Counted from the first letter of the whole stretch, positions 12,102 to 24,900 are shown. The stretch: DNA of 52,683 nucleotides, filler included, from Squatina squatina (GCA_031763465.1; 3 parts of 2 records of this genome joined end to end with filler, not necessarily neighbours in it), one strand, 5' to 3'. Translations and numbers: made by a program. Notes: generated by a model from the letters alone, not told the origin.

Positions 12102-13159
12102 NNNNNNNNNNNNNNNNNNNNNNNNNNNNNNNNNNNNNNNNNNNNNNNNNNNNNNNNNNNNNNNNNNNNNNNNNNNNNNNNNNNNNNNNNNNNNNNNNNN
12201 NTTACAACCTAAAAGGTATGTTTAAGGACATCCACTGCAGTATCAAAAATATAACATTACCATTGTCCATTTGTTTCCATAATGCTTTCAATTGAGTAAT
12301 TTTCCATGCTTCATGTTCTGTCTTTCCAGCTTACACCATGAGAAATCACAGGAGGTCATTTTTCCACATTATACAAAAGGGAAGTACAGATTGAAGAATT
12401 CAGTATTCAGAATGTTAAATTTGCAATTTAGTTCAACTATTTTACTGAGTCTTTGTGTGAATATATGATGAATATGCTAAATTAATTAATTACAGTAAGC
12501 TGGTTTTCCAGTTCATGGATTGTCCTTTTTAATGTTTCAAAGCTCGTCTACTTTTTGACAAAAATGAGGGAGACTTGTTTTAATTGGTTGAGAGCTTTGT
12601 TTTATTTCAAAGATTACAGTAATTAAAATCCTTAAGGATTTTCAGTGTCTTTATAGAAAAGCTACTCTAAATTTCAAGTATCAGATATTAACAGCTGGAT
12701 TCTATTTGCATAATTTATCTCATCATCTGAATATGATACCTTAATTTCCTGATTTCACTTCTAATAATTTATAATTTAACAGGTAGCTGAACAATAGTTA
12801 ATAGTAATTACTTATTGAAAAAGAAGGCAAAACTAATGATTGAACTATTTTAATATAATGGATAATGCAGACAATCAAACAGCTCCTTGACGACTTGGCA
12901 GATTTCCTTATTAAACAACTTTTTGAGAACACCATTAATTCTAGTTAATGGGGACATGGCTAATTTGACATTCTTTTCAAGAGAAAACTCACAGACACCA
13001 AACAATTCCCATTGTGTTCAAATCACTGCTAATGACAAAGATAGCAAAGTGACACAGCATATTGGTTTTCAAAAGTGCTGTGCTGCAAGTAGAAGGACAC
13101 TGACACAGCTGCAGTTATTGTCACAGCAACTTCTAGATCACAAAAAGATTTTTTTTTAA

Positions 13160-13320
13160 TTCTTTCATGAGATGTGGGGGTCGCTGGCAAGGCCGGCATT
13201 TATTGCCCATCCCTAATTGCCCTTGATGTGGTGGTGGTGAGCTGCCCTCTTGAACTGCTGCAGTCCGTGTGGTGAAGGTATTCCTATAGTGCTGTTACAG
13301 AGGGAGTTCCTGGATTTGGA
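13160..13320 (-). mobile_element. CR1-type LINE/SINE 3' tail fragment
   Basis: gctggcaaggccggcatttattgcccatccctaattgcccttga is shared with 27790-27950 and 33385-33490. Confidence 0.8.
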
Positions 13321-14240
13321 TTATTGGGAAGAGTGATGTACAAAGCTTAGGCAAAATGATTTCTATAAAAAAGATGTTACATCAAAGAACAAGCAAACTC
13401 ATATTGTTCTTTCATTGCTCCAAACAACTAAATGGAGTGTAGTTTAGGCAACAGATCATATGCTGGCCTTTCAATTGGAGTATGGTGTGTCTTTCAAAAG
13501 TGGGACATTATATAATTATTCTCGGGGTGATAGCATTTTAAAAATTATGTATTCATGGGCTGCATCAATACAAAATTATAGAATATTTCTGGGAAATAAT
13601 TTTCATATATCAGGAATTTGCTTAAATTGAGACTATATACGTGGGAATCCGCCATTTTATGAGAATGCGCACCAGTTTTGAACTGTTTAAAAATTTGGCC
13701 CAAATTAGACCAGTTTGATTCAGATGCTTTAGTGAAGTAAAAATTGTCTCTATGCACAGGCACAACACTACTTTCTATCTTGATACAAGCTTTTGCACTT
13801 GCATCATGGTGGTGGGTCCAGCTGCAAGCAACTGTAAGTGCAAGGTCTTATTATTTTTATCAGTGCTAATTTAGTATTTGGCTCTTTATTGTGGTTTGCA
13901 TCAGTTTCTATTAGAAATCTAATGATAGATATGTATCTAAATCACTGAGAATGCATGCTTAAGTCTCAAATGATCTACTGGTGGTTGTGTGTATCTGGTA
14001 TGAAGTGTTTTAGCCCCTTGTTATCATGATGTGTGTGCATCTGAGTCCATAGCACTGTGTGTACATTTCCCAATAATTTTGTGGTGGGTGTGTAACTCAG
14101 TGTGTGTACAAGTCCCTGCCAATCTTGTAGTGGATGTGTGACAAATTCTCTGGAAGTGTTGTCTAAGTTCTGACAACCTGGTACAGGATCTTCACCCAAC
14201 AGCCAGTTGTGTAATATTCATACTTTGGATTAAAAGATTC

Positions 14241-15115
14241 AGGGCGCCCAATTGGTCCCTCAGCGTTAGCGTTAAATGAGCGCTAAATGGGCGCTAGGGG
14301 TCTAACGCCCATTTTTGGCGCTAATGGGCTGAGCTGAAGAATTGGCATTGGACCAGTGCTGGCACTAAATGGTTGTTGCACCTGCAGCGCCAGAAACTTG
14401 CCGTCGGGCGCTGGACTTCAGCCATGGCATCATCAGAAGGCACAGCGCCCAAAATGGCCGCCCGACAAAGAATTGGCCTCCGTTTGTGAACTTTATAAGT
14501 AGTGGTGACACTGCCCAGTTTTTCAGGTAGTGCCACAGTCCCTCTATTGATTTTTGGCGCTATTAAAGGGGTAGGTCAGGTCGCCATCTTGCATTCATAA
14601 ATCACTTTTTTCAGATTTAAACCGCCTTGAAGGCTTTGTGTGCGAATCGGTAAAAGGGTTTGCAACACTCAGCTTTGCCTTTGGGCAAGCTGTTTGGTGC
14701 TCACCACATCAAAAAAAATCGGGCATGGGTGCTGCTTTAGCAGTGGACTGGAAACTCCACCGACATTGCATGAGGTACCTCAGGAAGAGGTGTCTGCTCC
14801 TTTTGGAGCAGAGAGAGATGAGGCCATAGCAAGATGAGGCTTGGGAGGAGGCAGCACCAGCTCCTCATCATGACCACGTCCACCAACCCCTTGACTTGCC
14901 AGAGCCAGTTCAACCACAGGTGGCACAGCCCAGACCACTACAGCATCCTCCCAGAGGTCGTAGAGGGAGAACACATCGAAGGAGGTATGCTCACCGAGTC
15001 TTCAGACGGCAGTTCAGCTACCTGCAGTTGAGGGATGAGCAATGCCTTAGAAGAATGAGGTTCAAAAAGGAGGTCATCACTGAACTATGCCAAGTCCTAC
15101 AGGCTGACGTGCAGC
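14241..15115 (+). mobile_element. Harbinger (PIF/HARBI1-like) transposon 5' end with transposase N-terminus
   Basis: GC-rich terminal region with tagcg/cgcta repeats, then RRRYAHRVFRRQFSYLQLRDEQCLRRMRFKKEVITELCQVLQADVQ, a HARBI1-type N-terminal helix-turn-helix; ends at a gap. Confidence 0.85.
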
Positions 15116-15215
15116 NNNNNNNNNNNNNNNNNNNNNNNNNNNNNNNNNNNNNNNNNNNNNNNNNNNNNNNNNNNNNNNNNNNNNNNNNNNNNNNNNNNNN
15201 NNNNNNNNNNNNNNN

Positions 15216-15548
15216 AGGAGATGAGAGTGGAGGAGGGGAAAAAACAATAACTCAACAACTCACATTTATTCATAGCTTCCACTTCAGATCGGGGAAAGAG
15301 TCTGTGGAGCTGTTTGAGAGAATTAGAAGGATAAAGGCAGCGCTGTGTGCTGGACACGCACACAGTGAAGAGCAGAGAGGAGGCGCCGGGCTTGTGCAGC
15401 ACCGACAGGGGATGGATGGTGCGAGGAGGTGACGCTCCAGGAAGGACGAGCGCTTCTTCTCGCTGACTGAGGAGCCCCCGCCTGCCCGCCCCGTCTCCCT
15501 GCCTTCCCTCCCACCCTCGATCCTCGCAGACAGCGCTCCGGTCCGGTC
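15216..15548 (+). promoter_or_regulatory. TMEFF1: CpG-rich promoter / 5' UTR of TMEFF1
   Basis: High GC and CpG content directly upstream of the ATG; GC-box-like ccgccc motif near 15487; two upstream ATGs. Transcription start site cannot be placed. Confidence 0.65.
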
Positions 15549-15738
15549 ATGGTGGTGCCAGAGTTGTTGTTTCTCCTTGCTCAGCGCAGGTTAGCCGGAC
15601 CCTCGCCCCCGTCGGCCGTGTGTTGCCTCTGGTTCTTGGCCGTGCTGACGGTCAGCAGCCTGCCGGTGGGGCTGGCCGCCAACCCGCTGTCCAGCGCCGA
15701 GTGCCAAAGCGGCAAAGGCAAAGGAACCAACTGCTCAG
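15549..15738 (+). CDS. TMEFF1: Tomoregulin-1 first coding exon (signal peptide), phase-1 donor
   Basis: MVVPELLFLLAQRRLAGPSPPSAVCCLWFLAVLTVSSLPVGLAANPLSSAECQSGKGKGTNCS then G|gtgggt. Kozak gtcATGg, hydrophobic core, and C-x3-KGK-x2-NCS matching TMEFF1 DCPGGKGKSINCSE (TMEFF2 has DCQTPTGWNCS). Confidence 0.88.
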
Positions 15739-18700
15739 GTGGGTGAGAAACAAAGAACTGAGTGAATAATGTTTTTTTTCTTTTTTTTTACTCAGCCGGG
15801 TGCCCGAGAACAAAGAGGATGAGAATTAGTTAAACGTTCAGCATGTGAATCTTGACTTATCATTGCATCTTTATTTTTGGAAGGGGCAGTTGCAGCGAGA
15901 GAATTGCCGGGAAATGTGACAGATTGAATGTAGCACTTGGATGCTTTGATGTTGCTGAGGTACATTAATATGCTCTTTGAATAGATGTTGCATAGGGGAA
16001 TAGCAGGTGCATTAAAATCGCCTGGAGAACGCCACCCCAACCCCACCGTCCCCAAGCCTCCCTTGGCCGGCNNNNNNNNNNTAGGACTTCACGTGACCTT
16101 CACCATTAAACATTCAACAAAAGGGCTTTTTTTGTCCATAAAGAGAAAAAAAAACGCTGACCGAGAAAACTGGAAGCTTGAAATGGTTCGTTGGTCAGAC
16201 ATATCAGTAACAAAACCAGGAAGATTAAAAAAATATATCATGGTGAAATCTTCAGTCTTTGACTTTTTTGCCATTTGATTTTTGTAGGTCAGTATTACAC
16301 GCAATATGGAAAGGGACTTTCCACTTGTCATTGTTTAACTTAGACGTCTAATTTTAATGTTTGCAGAATGCGAACGAGTTTTCTGTCGGCCCATTATTCG
16401 TTAATTTAACGTGTAGACTTTATAAAGAAAAGAACCCCACAGCGAACCAACCTTGCAGGGTGCGAAGCACAATGAGATGAACACTGAGGTGTGTTCACTG
16501 AGGGTGTTTCAACTGCTCCGTGTTTGAGATCAATCATAACAGCTCCCGTGTGTAAATACAGAATCGAATCATTGTTTAGGGTAATGTGTTCCAATGCTAT
16601 ATTGCTTTCGTAGTTGAGAATTTATTCAGTTTAATGTGTTTCTTTTTCTGGTGTTTTAACTCTGCTTGTTAGTACAGTAAACGTTCATGAAGAAAACGGG
16701 GTTTGCTATTTTAAAGTAAAGCGTTTAAGGACAATAACATGTAAAGAGACAGTGATAAACATACTACCGACTTTTGCATCTTCTGTTCATATGCTTGATC
16801 TGTGCAAAATTCTGAAGTATGCATNNNNNNNNNNNNNNNNNNNNNNNNNNNNNNNNNNNNNNNNNNNNNNNNNNNNNNNNNNNNNNNNNNNNNNNNNNNN
16901 NNNNNNNNNNNNNNNNNNNNNNNNNNNNNNNNNNNNNNNNNNNNNNNNNNCCTCCATCTAACGGTTTATGTCCGATCATACCGCATGGTCGTCTTACAAC
17001 CTCCTCCCCTCACTCCAGATACCTGACTGCATCGCAACAACTACCTCAAACCCTGCTTGTTATAAAGTCACCGCTATTCTTGCAAAATTAAGCAGACAAA
17101 ATAGAGATCAGCCATAACATTTTTACATGCTGTTATCAATACTTTAACATTTGCGAGAGGCCTTTCGTTGCCCCCTTTCAGACCTCTAGTCCTCCTTAGT
17201 GCACACATCCAAGAGTAATCAAGAATCCACAATCCAGGAATACATTCTTCCTCAACAGTCCACTTTCTCCAAAGCTAACAACAGGCCAGTAAATTGAATT
17301 ATAATTAACTTTCAGTTGGTAAATTGTTAAATTGATTAAAGTATTAATGCACTTTATAGTAATCCTGATCTGGTGTATGAATTTCTTAGGGAAGTAGTAA
17401 TGATTTTTTAGGGATTTAACTGTGCACATCAGAAAGTTGCTGCATGCTACACTGGTTCTGTATGCATTTGATATATTTTCTAATTGAGAAACCCAGATTA
17501 TCACTAAGGTGGAAATGGTTTTAAAAAAAAAGGCAGGGAAATCAGGAAGGAGTGAAAAGAGGACACCAAATTTGGGTTTTAAATGGCAACTTCTTATGTG
17601 ACGTGCCATTAATGTGTGAGAGCAGGAAGACAAAAGGAGGTAGGACTAAGTTCTGAGGCCCTGGGAAAATTAGCTAGAATAGTAAGTCCCGATTTCAAAA
17701 CAGTGGAGATGTAGGGAAAAGAAATAACACAGAGGATGGCATATTACTGGTTTAGAAGGAACAAGTGAGGAGAGATTAGAGGAGCAATCANNNNNNNNNN
17801 NNNNNNNNNNNNNNNNNNNNNNNNNNNNNNNNNNNNNNNNNNNNNNNNNNNNNNNNNNNNNNNNNNNNNNNNNNNNNNNNNNNNNNNNNNNNNNNNNNNN
17901 NNNNNNNNNNNNNNNNNNNNNNNNNNNNNNNNNNNNNNNNNNNNNNNNNNNNNNNNNNNNNNNNNNNNNNNNNNNNNNNNNNNNNNNNNNNNNNNNNNNN
18001 NNNNNNNNNNNNNNNNNNNNNNNNNNNNNNNNNNNNNNNNNNNNNNNNNNNNNNNNNNNNNNNNNNNNNNNNNNNNNNNNNNNNNNNNNNNNNNNNNNNN
18101 NNNNNNNNNNNNNNNNNNNNNNNNNNNNNNNNNNNNNNNNNNNNNNNNNNNNNNNNNNNNNNNNNNNNNNNNNNNNNNNNNNNNNNNNNNNNNNNNNNNN
18201 NNNNNNNNNNNNNNNNNNNNNNNNNNNNNNNNNNNNNNNNNNNNNNNNNNNNNNNNNNNNNNNNNNNNNNNNNNNNNNNNNNNNNNNNNNNNNNNNNNNN
18301 NNNNNNNNNNNNNNNNNNNNNNNNNNNNNNNNNNNNNNNNNNNNNNNNNNNAAGGCAAAAGTTTCCAGTGGAAATGGAGATTAGAACTAGAGTTGACAAG
18401 CTTGTCCATCCAGAAAAAAGCCTCTGAAACATGTGAGCAGTATTCAAGCCTTGGACTTAGAATTTCTCAAGAGTTGAGGAGCAAATATGTATTTGTCAAC
18501 AAACTGTCAGCAAGTTTCTTGAAAGTAGTTTTAGGCATGGAGAAAAAGTGATAGGCCCATTTGAAGTCATAAAAAATAATGAAGCCAATGCTGTTCGTAT
18601 GTGAAAAAATGACAAACGTAAGAGCTGATAGATCACAGAATCATAGAATTATAGGGCAACTTTCATCAACAACAGGATGGTAACATTCTGAAAATTGCAG

Positions 18701-20202
18701 AGCTGAACTTATTACTCCCTTCATACACTTGATCCTCCCACTGACAATTTCATTGGGGTCTTCACATGGCTGATCCAGGTGCCCACCTGTTTTGGGGGAG
18801 ATCTATTTTATATTGGGATCCTACAGCCCTGATGCAATTTTGAAGAACCAATGGGTGGAGTGTGCACAGCATTGGCATTAGCATTGAATGGTCTAACCAG
18901 TGGTCATTAAAGGGANNNNNNNNNNNNNNNNNNNNTCAAAACCAGGTCTTTTTTTTCACAGATTATTGAGGGGCCAGGGTATGCAATTTCCTCCCAAGGA
19001 GAAAGTTGGCCCCATAAAATTAATAGCTTATTCATCTCATCTTGCCTGTGCCAGTACTAGCTCTTCAACTGAAGCTGTCTAATTCTATTTGCCTACCATT
19101 TCTCCACATCCTTTTATATATTCTTAAAAGATGTTGGGTAGACTTGTGAGAGCCATGAAGAAACTGTGTCTTTGAAGAATTGAAAGAAACAAGATATAGC
19201 TTTCTGATCTGAATTGTAAAACCTAGGGCATGCCCACTGGGAAAATAATGCATCATGTGATTGTACACAAATTATTGATGTGCTATCCATGTAAAGTAGA
19301 TTCCATGCCAAAACAGTTTTAATTTAAATGTGACTTGAAAACAGCTATTGTACAGGCTTGCTAAAGGTGGATGATCATAATATTAATGGTACTCTACATA
19401 TAAATTGGTCATTTCTAAGCACAGGAGTCAAATTGGACTGTGGGTGGCCTACAAAATTAGTGGTTTTTAAATCTATGTATACATTATGCAATTATGTTGC
19501 ATTTCTTTAATGCAGAAATGCATAGTATTATGTAGTACAAAACTTTAAAAAAAATCAGACTTTAGAGTGTAACAGCTAACCAAAGAAAGAAGAAAAAGGC
19601 AGAGAGGAAGGAGCAGAAGAGGACAGAGAAGAAAAAAGAGTTAGGAAGAGAGAAGAAAAGAGAACGGGAAATAGACGATGAGAGGCATAGAGAGAAACAG
19701 TTATATGAAGACAGCAGAGACAAGTAAGGGAGGAGCAATATTCTGTTCCTTCAGTGCACAATGACATAGGAGATTGACTAAAAATAATAATTGCACAACT
19801 CAGAGGACAGCAATAATAATCTATTCATGTAATTTAAAACAAATGGTATGTGTGCACATATATCTTGTCCATCATGGTAATGCATTTTGAGAGGAAAACG
19901 AAGGATTGGGAGCATAAGTTTAATGGAAAGGTGTTGAAGAATGTAGAGTAATAGAGAGACCTGGGTTCAAATACATAATTCCTTGATAGTGTGAGTGGAG
20001 GTAGACAAAGTCATAAAAAAACCAATGGCTTTTTAGATTTATTAATATAGGCATGGAGTACGAGAACAAAAAGCTAATGACATATTTATATAAGGCAATG
20101 GTTAGGGCAACAGTTATCACGTTGTGGGCAGTTTTGAGCACCCCATTATAGACAGAAATTGAAATTATACAGAGGATATGCATAGATATATCAATATAAT
20201 AT

Positions 20203-20302
20203 NNNNNNNNNNNNNNNNNNNNNNNNNNNNNNNNNNNNNNNNNNNNTTAATTAATTAANNNNNNNNNNNNNNNNNNNNNNNNNNNNNNNNNNNNNNNNNN
20301 NN
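20203..20302. other. Artificial scaffolding linker (44 N + TTAATTAATTAA + 44 N)
   Basis: Exactly 100 bp with a central 12-mer that gives stops in all six frames; identical construct at 38232-38331. Confidence 0.95.
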
Positions 20303-21785
20303 ACATTGTTACTCTGGGAGTGCTGCTCAGCCACTGCGATGGGATGTTTGAAGAGGATGAGTTTTGCTGTGCCGGACAGATTGGAGACTGCTTTACAATT
20401 ACCACAATCGTACATCTCACCTTTCGAGAAGATGGACATGATTACCACGAAGCTGAAATGCTCTGCCATGCTCTCCTCATTCCAGATTAATGAGATGGGG
20501 TTCTGGAATCGCGCCGAGAGCACTTCTCCGCCATGTTTTAGCACTTCGGCAGGGAATGCATCTGCTGCAGAGGCCTTGATGTTTTGCAGTTGTCGCGTGG
20601 CCTTTTCAACCTCATGATGGTCTGGGATTGTGCAGAGGTAGTGGTGCGCAGTTTGCTGTGGGATGAAATCAAGTGCACTCACTTCGAAAACCGCGTCCTG
20701 ATTGAAGAGATCTTCACAGTAGCCCTTCCAGTGGGTGCTTACTGCCTCTCTGTCCTTGCTGAGCACCCGTCCGTTTTTAGCTCTCAGTGGGGCAGGTCAT
20801 TGTGTGCTTGGGCCGTTGGTGGCCTTGACTGCACAGAACAATCCACATATGTCAGGATTGTCGGCTAGTTGCTGGATCTCATGTGCCCGTTGCAGCCACC
20901 GTCTCATTCTGAGATTGCAAGTTTTCTGTTGCTCCTCACCCTTCAGATGTCTCTCAACCTGTCTTCTTTTCCTCAAGTTGTGTTGGTGTTTACATTTCAT
21001 GAAAGATTTGCTTTAACGGTCAGTAGCTCCTGGTTCTTCTGGTCATTCTCATCAAACCAGTCTTGATGTTTCCTGGTAGAAAAAAAAACAAGGGTGTCTT
21101 TACAGGTGCTAATTATGGTGGACTTAAGGCACTCTGGACACTCTGAGGATCTGATTCATTGAGAGTCGTCAGGTTTGCTGTGAATAATTGATCGAATTGG
21201 GTTTTCTTTGCAGTGCCTGAGTCCTCTGACATTGATCTTTTCTGCGGCAGTGTTTCTGTTGGTGCTACGGTTTTGGGGCGATGTTGATGGAGATAACAGA
21301 ACGGATTCGGCGGTGTTTGGTCCAGCAATTGTCAGCTCCAGTCATGGCACCCATGATGTGGAAATCCTTGCGGTTCCTCAATTGAGCAATGACATATTCT
21401 AACAGTTGTCAATGCCTATGGTGAAGCTTTTGTCATGAGGACTTGCAGTTATCTATCTGCTGAAACAGGGTGTGAGTTGTGACAAGACCGTGATCCAGTC
21501 ATTTCTTCAGGTGGAGGACTCCGTTGGTGTTTGCTTTCCCTACTCTTTCCCTGCCAATCACATCTTTCCATGGTTTGAGTCCTTCCCAAACTTGGCATTG
21601 ATATCTCCAAGAAGAATCAGCTTGTCTCGATTGGAAGACAGGACAGGGATTGTGCAACGCTGGAGTAGAATTCCTATTTGGCTTCGTCCGTAGCTTCCAG
21701 TGTTTAGCCGACACACTGATGACCGTTGCTTACTGGTTCCAGGTAAGAATGAGCCGACCAGTTAAGGTACATTCGCTTATCCCAA
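20303..21785 (-). mobile_element. RTE-clade LINE remnant (AP endonuclease through RT N-terminus)
   Basis: Fragments WKDVIGRERVGKANTNG, TLEATDEAK*EFYSS and EVEKATRQLQNIKASAADAFPAEVLKHGG...KGEMYDCGNCKAVSNLS are typical of RTE ORFs; many stops and frameshifts. Confidence 0.88.
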
Positions 21786-21867
21786 AGTAGAAATCAATCA
21801 GACAAAAAATTCGCTGATTTTTGATGACGAAACCAAATCCATGGAGAGGCAACCTTCTTCTAGTTTG

Positions 21868-24800
21868 TAAACAAAAACATTGCTGGAAAAACTCAGCAGG
21901 TCAGGCAGCAACTTTGGAGAGAAAAACAGAGTTAATGTTTTGCGTCGAAGACCCTTTGGTCGTACCAAAAAAAGCCAGAAATGCAGGAGGTTTTAAACCA
22001 CTTGCAGGGAAAGTGGTGGGAGGGGTGAGGGGAGAGGGAAGAACAAAGAGTAAGATCATTGTGTGATTGTGTGGGAGGCAGAAAAGATGAAGAGATGATG
22101 CAAGGCAATTAGAGATGTTAATGGCACCATTACGAAGTACATTAAATCTAGATAGGGTATAAAACCAGGAATAAAACAGCAACAGCCATGAAAGGGAATC
22201 AAAAATAGGCCTGATTTAAAATGCTGAAAAGAAAAATAATGAAAGGGCAGAGATTATGCTCTGAAATTGTTGCACACAATGTTAAGTCTAGAAGGCTGTA
22301 AAGTGCCTAATCGAAAGATGAGGTGCTGTTCCTCGAGTTTGCATTGAGTTTCATTGGAAACGTGTAACAAGCCAAAGACAGAGAGCTCAGAGTGAAAATG
22401 AAGTGGATAATTAAAGCAACAGGCGACTGGAAGTTCAGGATCATGCTTGCAGACTGAACGGAGGTGTTCTGCAAAGCGGTCAACCGATCTATTTTTGGTC
22501 TCCCCTATGTGGAGGAGACCACTTTGAGAGCAGCATATACTCAATTGAAAGAAGTACAAGGAAATCGCTGCCTCACCTGGAAGGAATGTTAGCAGCCCTC
22601 GACACTGGGAAGGGAGGACATAAAAGGGCAGGTGTAACATCTCCTGCACTTGCACAGGAAGGTGCCATGGGAAGGGGAGGGGGAGCTGGGAGTAAGGAAC
22701 GTGTGGACCAGGCTGTCGCGGAGGGAGCAGTCCCTTTGGAATGGTGAAATGGGAGGGGAATGAAAGATGTGTTTGATAGTGGGTTCAATCTGGAATTGTC
22801 GAAACGGCGGTGAATGATGGGTTGAACATGGAGGCTGGTGGTGTAAAACGTGAGGACAAGGGGAACCCTATCATGCTTATGGGAGGGAGGAGAAGGGGAG
22901 AGGGCAGCGGTGCGCGAAATGGAACAGACATGGATGAGGGCCATGTCAACCACGGTAGAAGGGAATCTTTGGTTGAGGAGCTAGGAAGACATATTGGAAG
23001 CGCTGGTTTGGAAGGTGGCATCGTCAGAACAGATGCAACGGAGACTGAGGAACTGGGAGAATGGAATGTATTCTTCACAGGATGTGGGTGGGAGGAAGTT
23101 TACACGAGATAGATGTGGGAGTCAGTGGGCATATAGAAGATGCTTGTAAGGAGTCTATCCTCAGAAATGGAGACAGAGAAGTCGAGGAACAGAAGCAAGG
23201 AGTCACAGCTGGACGATGTGAAGCTGAGGGAAGAGTGGAAATTGGAGGCAAAGTGAATTAAATTTTCCAGTTCAGGGCGAGAGCTGGAAACAGAACCGAT
23301 ACACTATACAATGTACTGGAAAAAGAGGTTTGGGAGTGGGCCTGAGTAGGACTGGAACAAAGAAAGTTCCACATATCCCACGAAAAGTCAGGCATAACAA
23401 GGACACATGCGGAAGCCCATAGCAACACCTTTAATAGGAATTGAGTAGAGTCAAAGGAGAAGTTGATCAACCTGAGAACAAGTTCAGCCAGGCAGAGCAG
23501 GGTGGTGGTGGATGGGGAATTTTTGGGTCTCTGTTCAAGGAGGAAGCAGAGCGCCCTCAGTTTGGCTTAACGGGGGATGGGAATGTAGCGGGATTGGACG
23601 TCCATAGTGAAAAGGAGAGGTTTGGGAGCAGGAAATTGGAAACTGTTTAAGTGGCAGAGGGCCTCGGAAGAGTCACAGATGTAGGTGGGAAGAGACTGAA
23701 CAAGGAGAGTAAAATAGAGTCGAGATAGGAGAAATTTCATTCAATTGGGCAAGAACAGGCTAAAATAATGGGTCTACCAGGGAAGTCCTGAATGTGGAAC
23801 ATGGAAGGATGTAGAAGCGGGCTGTGTGGTGTTGGGTAACTAAGAGCTTGGTGGCCGTGGAGGGAAGATCTCTAGAAGAGATGAGGTCAGAGATTGTTTG
23901 GGAGATGAATGGCTTGATGTTCAGTAGAGGGGTCGTTGTCCAGGGGGGAAAAGAAGGAGGTGTCAGAGAGTTCACGTTCGGCCTCTGCAAGGCAGAGGTC
24001 TGTGCAGCAAACAACAACAGCACCACACTTGTCGGCAGGTTTGATGCCAATGATAAGTTTGGATCTGAGAGAGTGGAGTGCTGTGAGTGCAGAAGTTGGT
24101 AGTTTAGAGTTAATGAGGGGAGCAGAGAAGTTAAAATGGCGGATGTCATGTCGACAGTTTGCAATGGAAAGATCGAGAGAGGGTTGGAAGCCAGAGTGAG
24201 GGGTGAGGTCGAAAGATTAATCTGGAAACGCGAGAATGGGTCAGCTCTGCGGGGGGAAGATTCCTGAAGAAAGTTGGCACAGAGGCCGAGGCGACAGAAA
24301 AAAAGTGGTTGAAGCTCAGGTCTTTGCTGAGGACTGATCGTTCAGAATCAGAGAGGGGAAGGTCAGGTGAGATAGGAAATACACGGCAGAGGGCGAGACT
24401 GGAAGAAGGGATGGGATCAGGAGAAAGTGAAGAGGATGAGGATTCCAGATGGACGTTTGCATCTCAGAGTTGCTGAAGCTTGTGATCCTTGACATCAGGT
24501 TTTTTATAAAAGCATCAGATGAGGTGAAGAATGAAATGGAAATGCAGACCAGGACAGCTGAGAGATAGAGTGAGTCAGTGTTGCAGAAGAGAGAGTTCGA
24601 AGGCTCGCATGTGGCCACACATGGCGTTCAGCATCGATCTCAGGTTGTGGCAAGAGCTGTGCTTTGAGCAGTGCTGGATATCTCGGAGATAGCTGTAATC
24701 CTGGGTGGATCCAAAAATTGAAGTGTGGAATTGCATTTGGAGTCCATGTGGATTAAGTCGGAGCTGGCGAAGGTTGATGCGGCTGTGAAAGCGAGTTTTG

Positions 24801-24900
24801 GCAGATAGCTGATTAAACACGGTTAAGCACTTCTGGTTTGCCTTGCCAGAGGGCGGTGTATTTGCCTCCTTGTTCATTGAGCTCGCCTTCTCCTGCTCAC
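21868..24900 (-). mobile_element. Penelope-like retroelement (RT + GIY-YIG endonuclease), degenerate, with terminal repeat
   Basis: C-terminal CSQSGLLHIGETKNRSVDRFAEHLRSV...KLEEQHLIFRLGTLQPSRLN (GIY-YIG); DRVPLVLTFYTTS; RT-region fragments across 22.9-24.1 kb; terminal repeat at 21868-21965. Confidence 0.92.

Noticed and set aside
12260-12310. Minus-strand MENYSIESIMETNGQ followed by gtaatg, as an alternative first exon of the V-ATPase gene
   Set aside because: No homology to subunit a and no support beyond a GT; cannot be told from chance.
15394-15540. REST/NRSE-like half sites (cagcacc, gacagcgc) in the TMEFF1 leader
   Set aside because: Spacing and sequence do not form a canonical 21-bp RE1 element.
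17744-18447. Long ORFs of about 220 aa, and other ORFs containing X runs
   Set aside because: Artefacts of reading through N gaps.
20247-20258. TTAATTAATTAA as a biological palindrome or piggyBac target site
   Set aside because: Centred in symmetrical N runs and repeated identically at 38276; synthetic linker.
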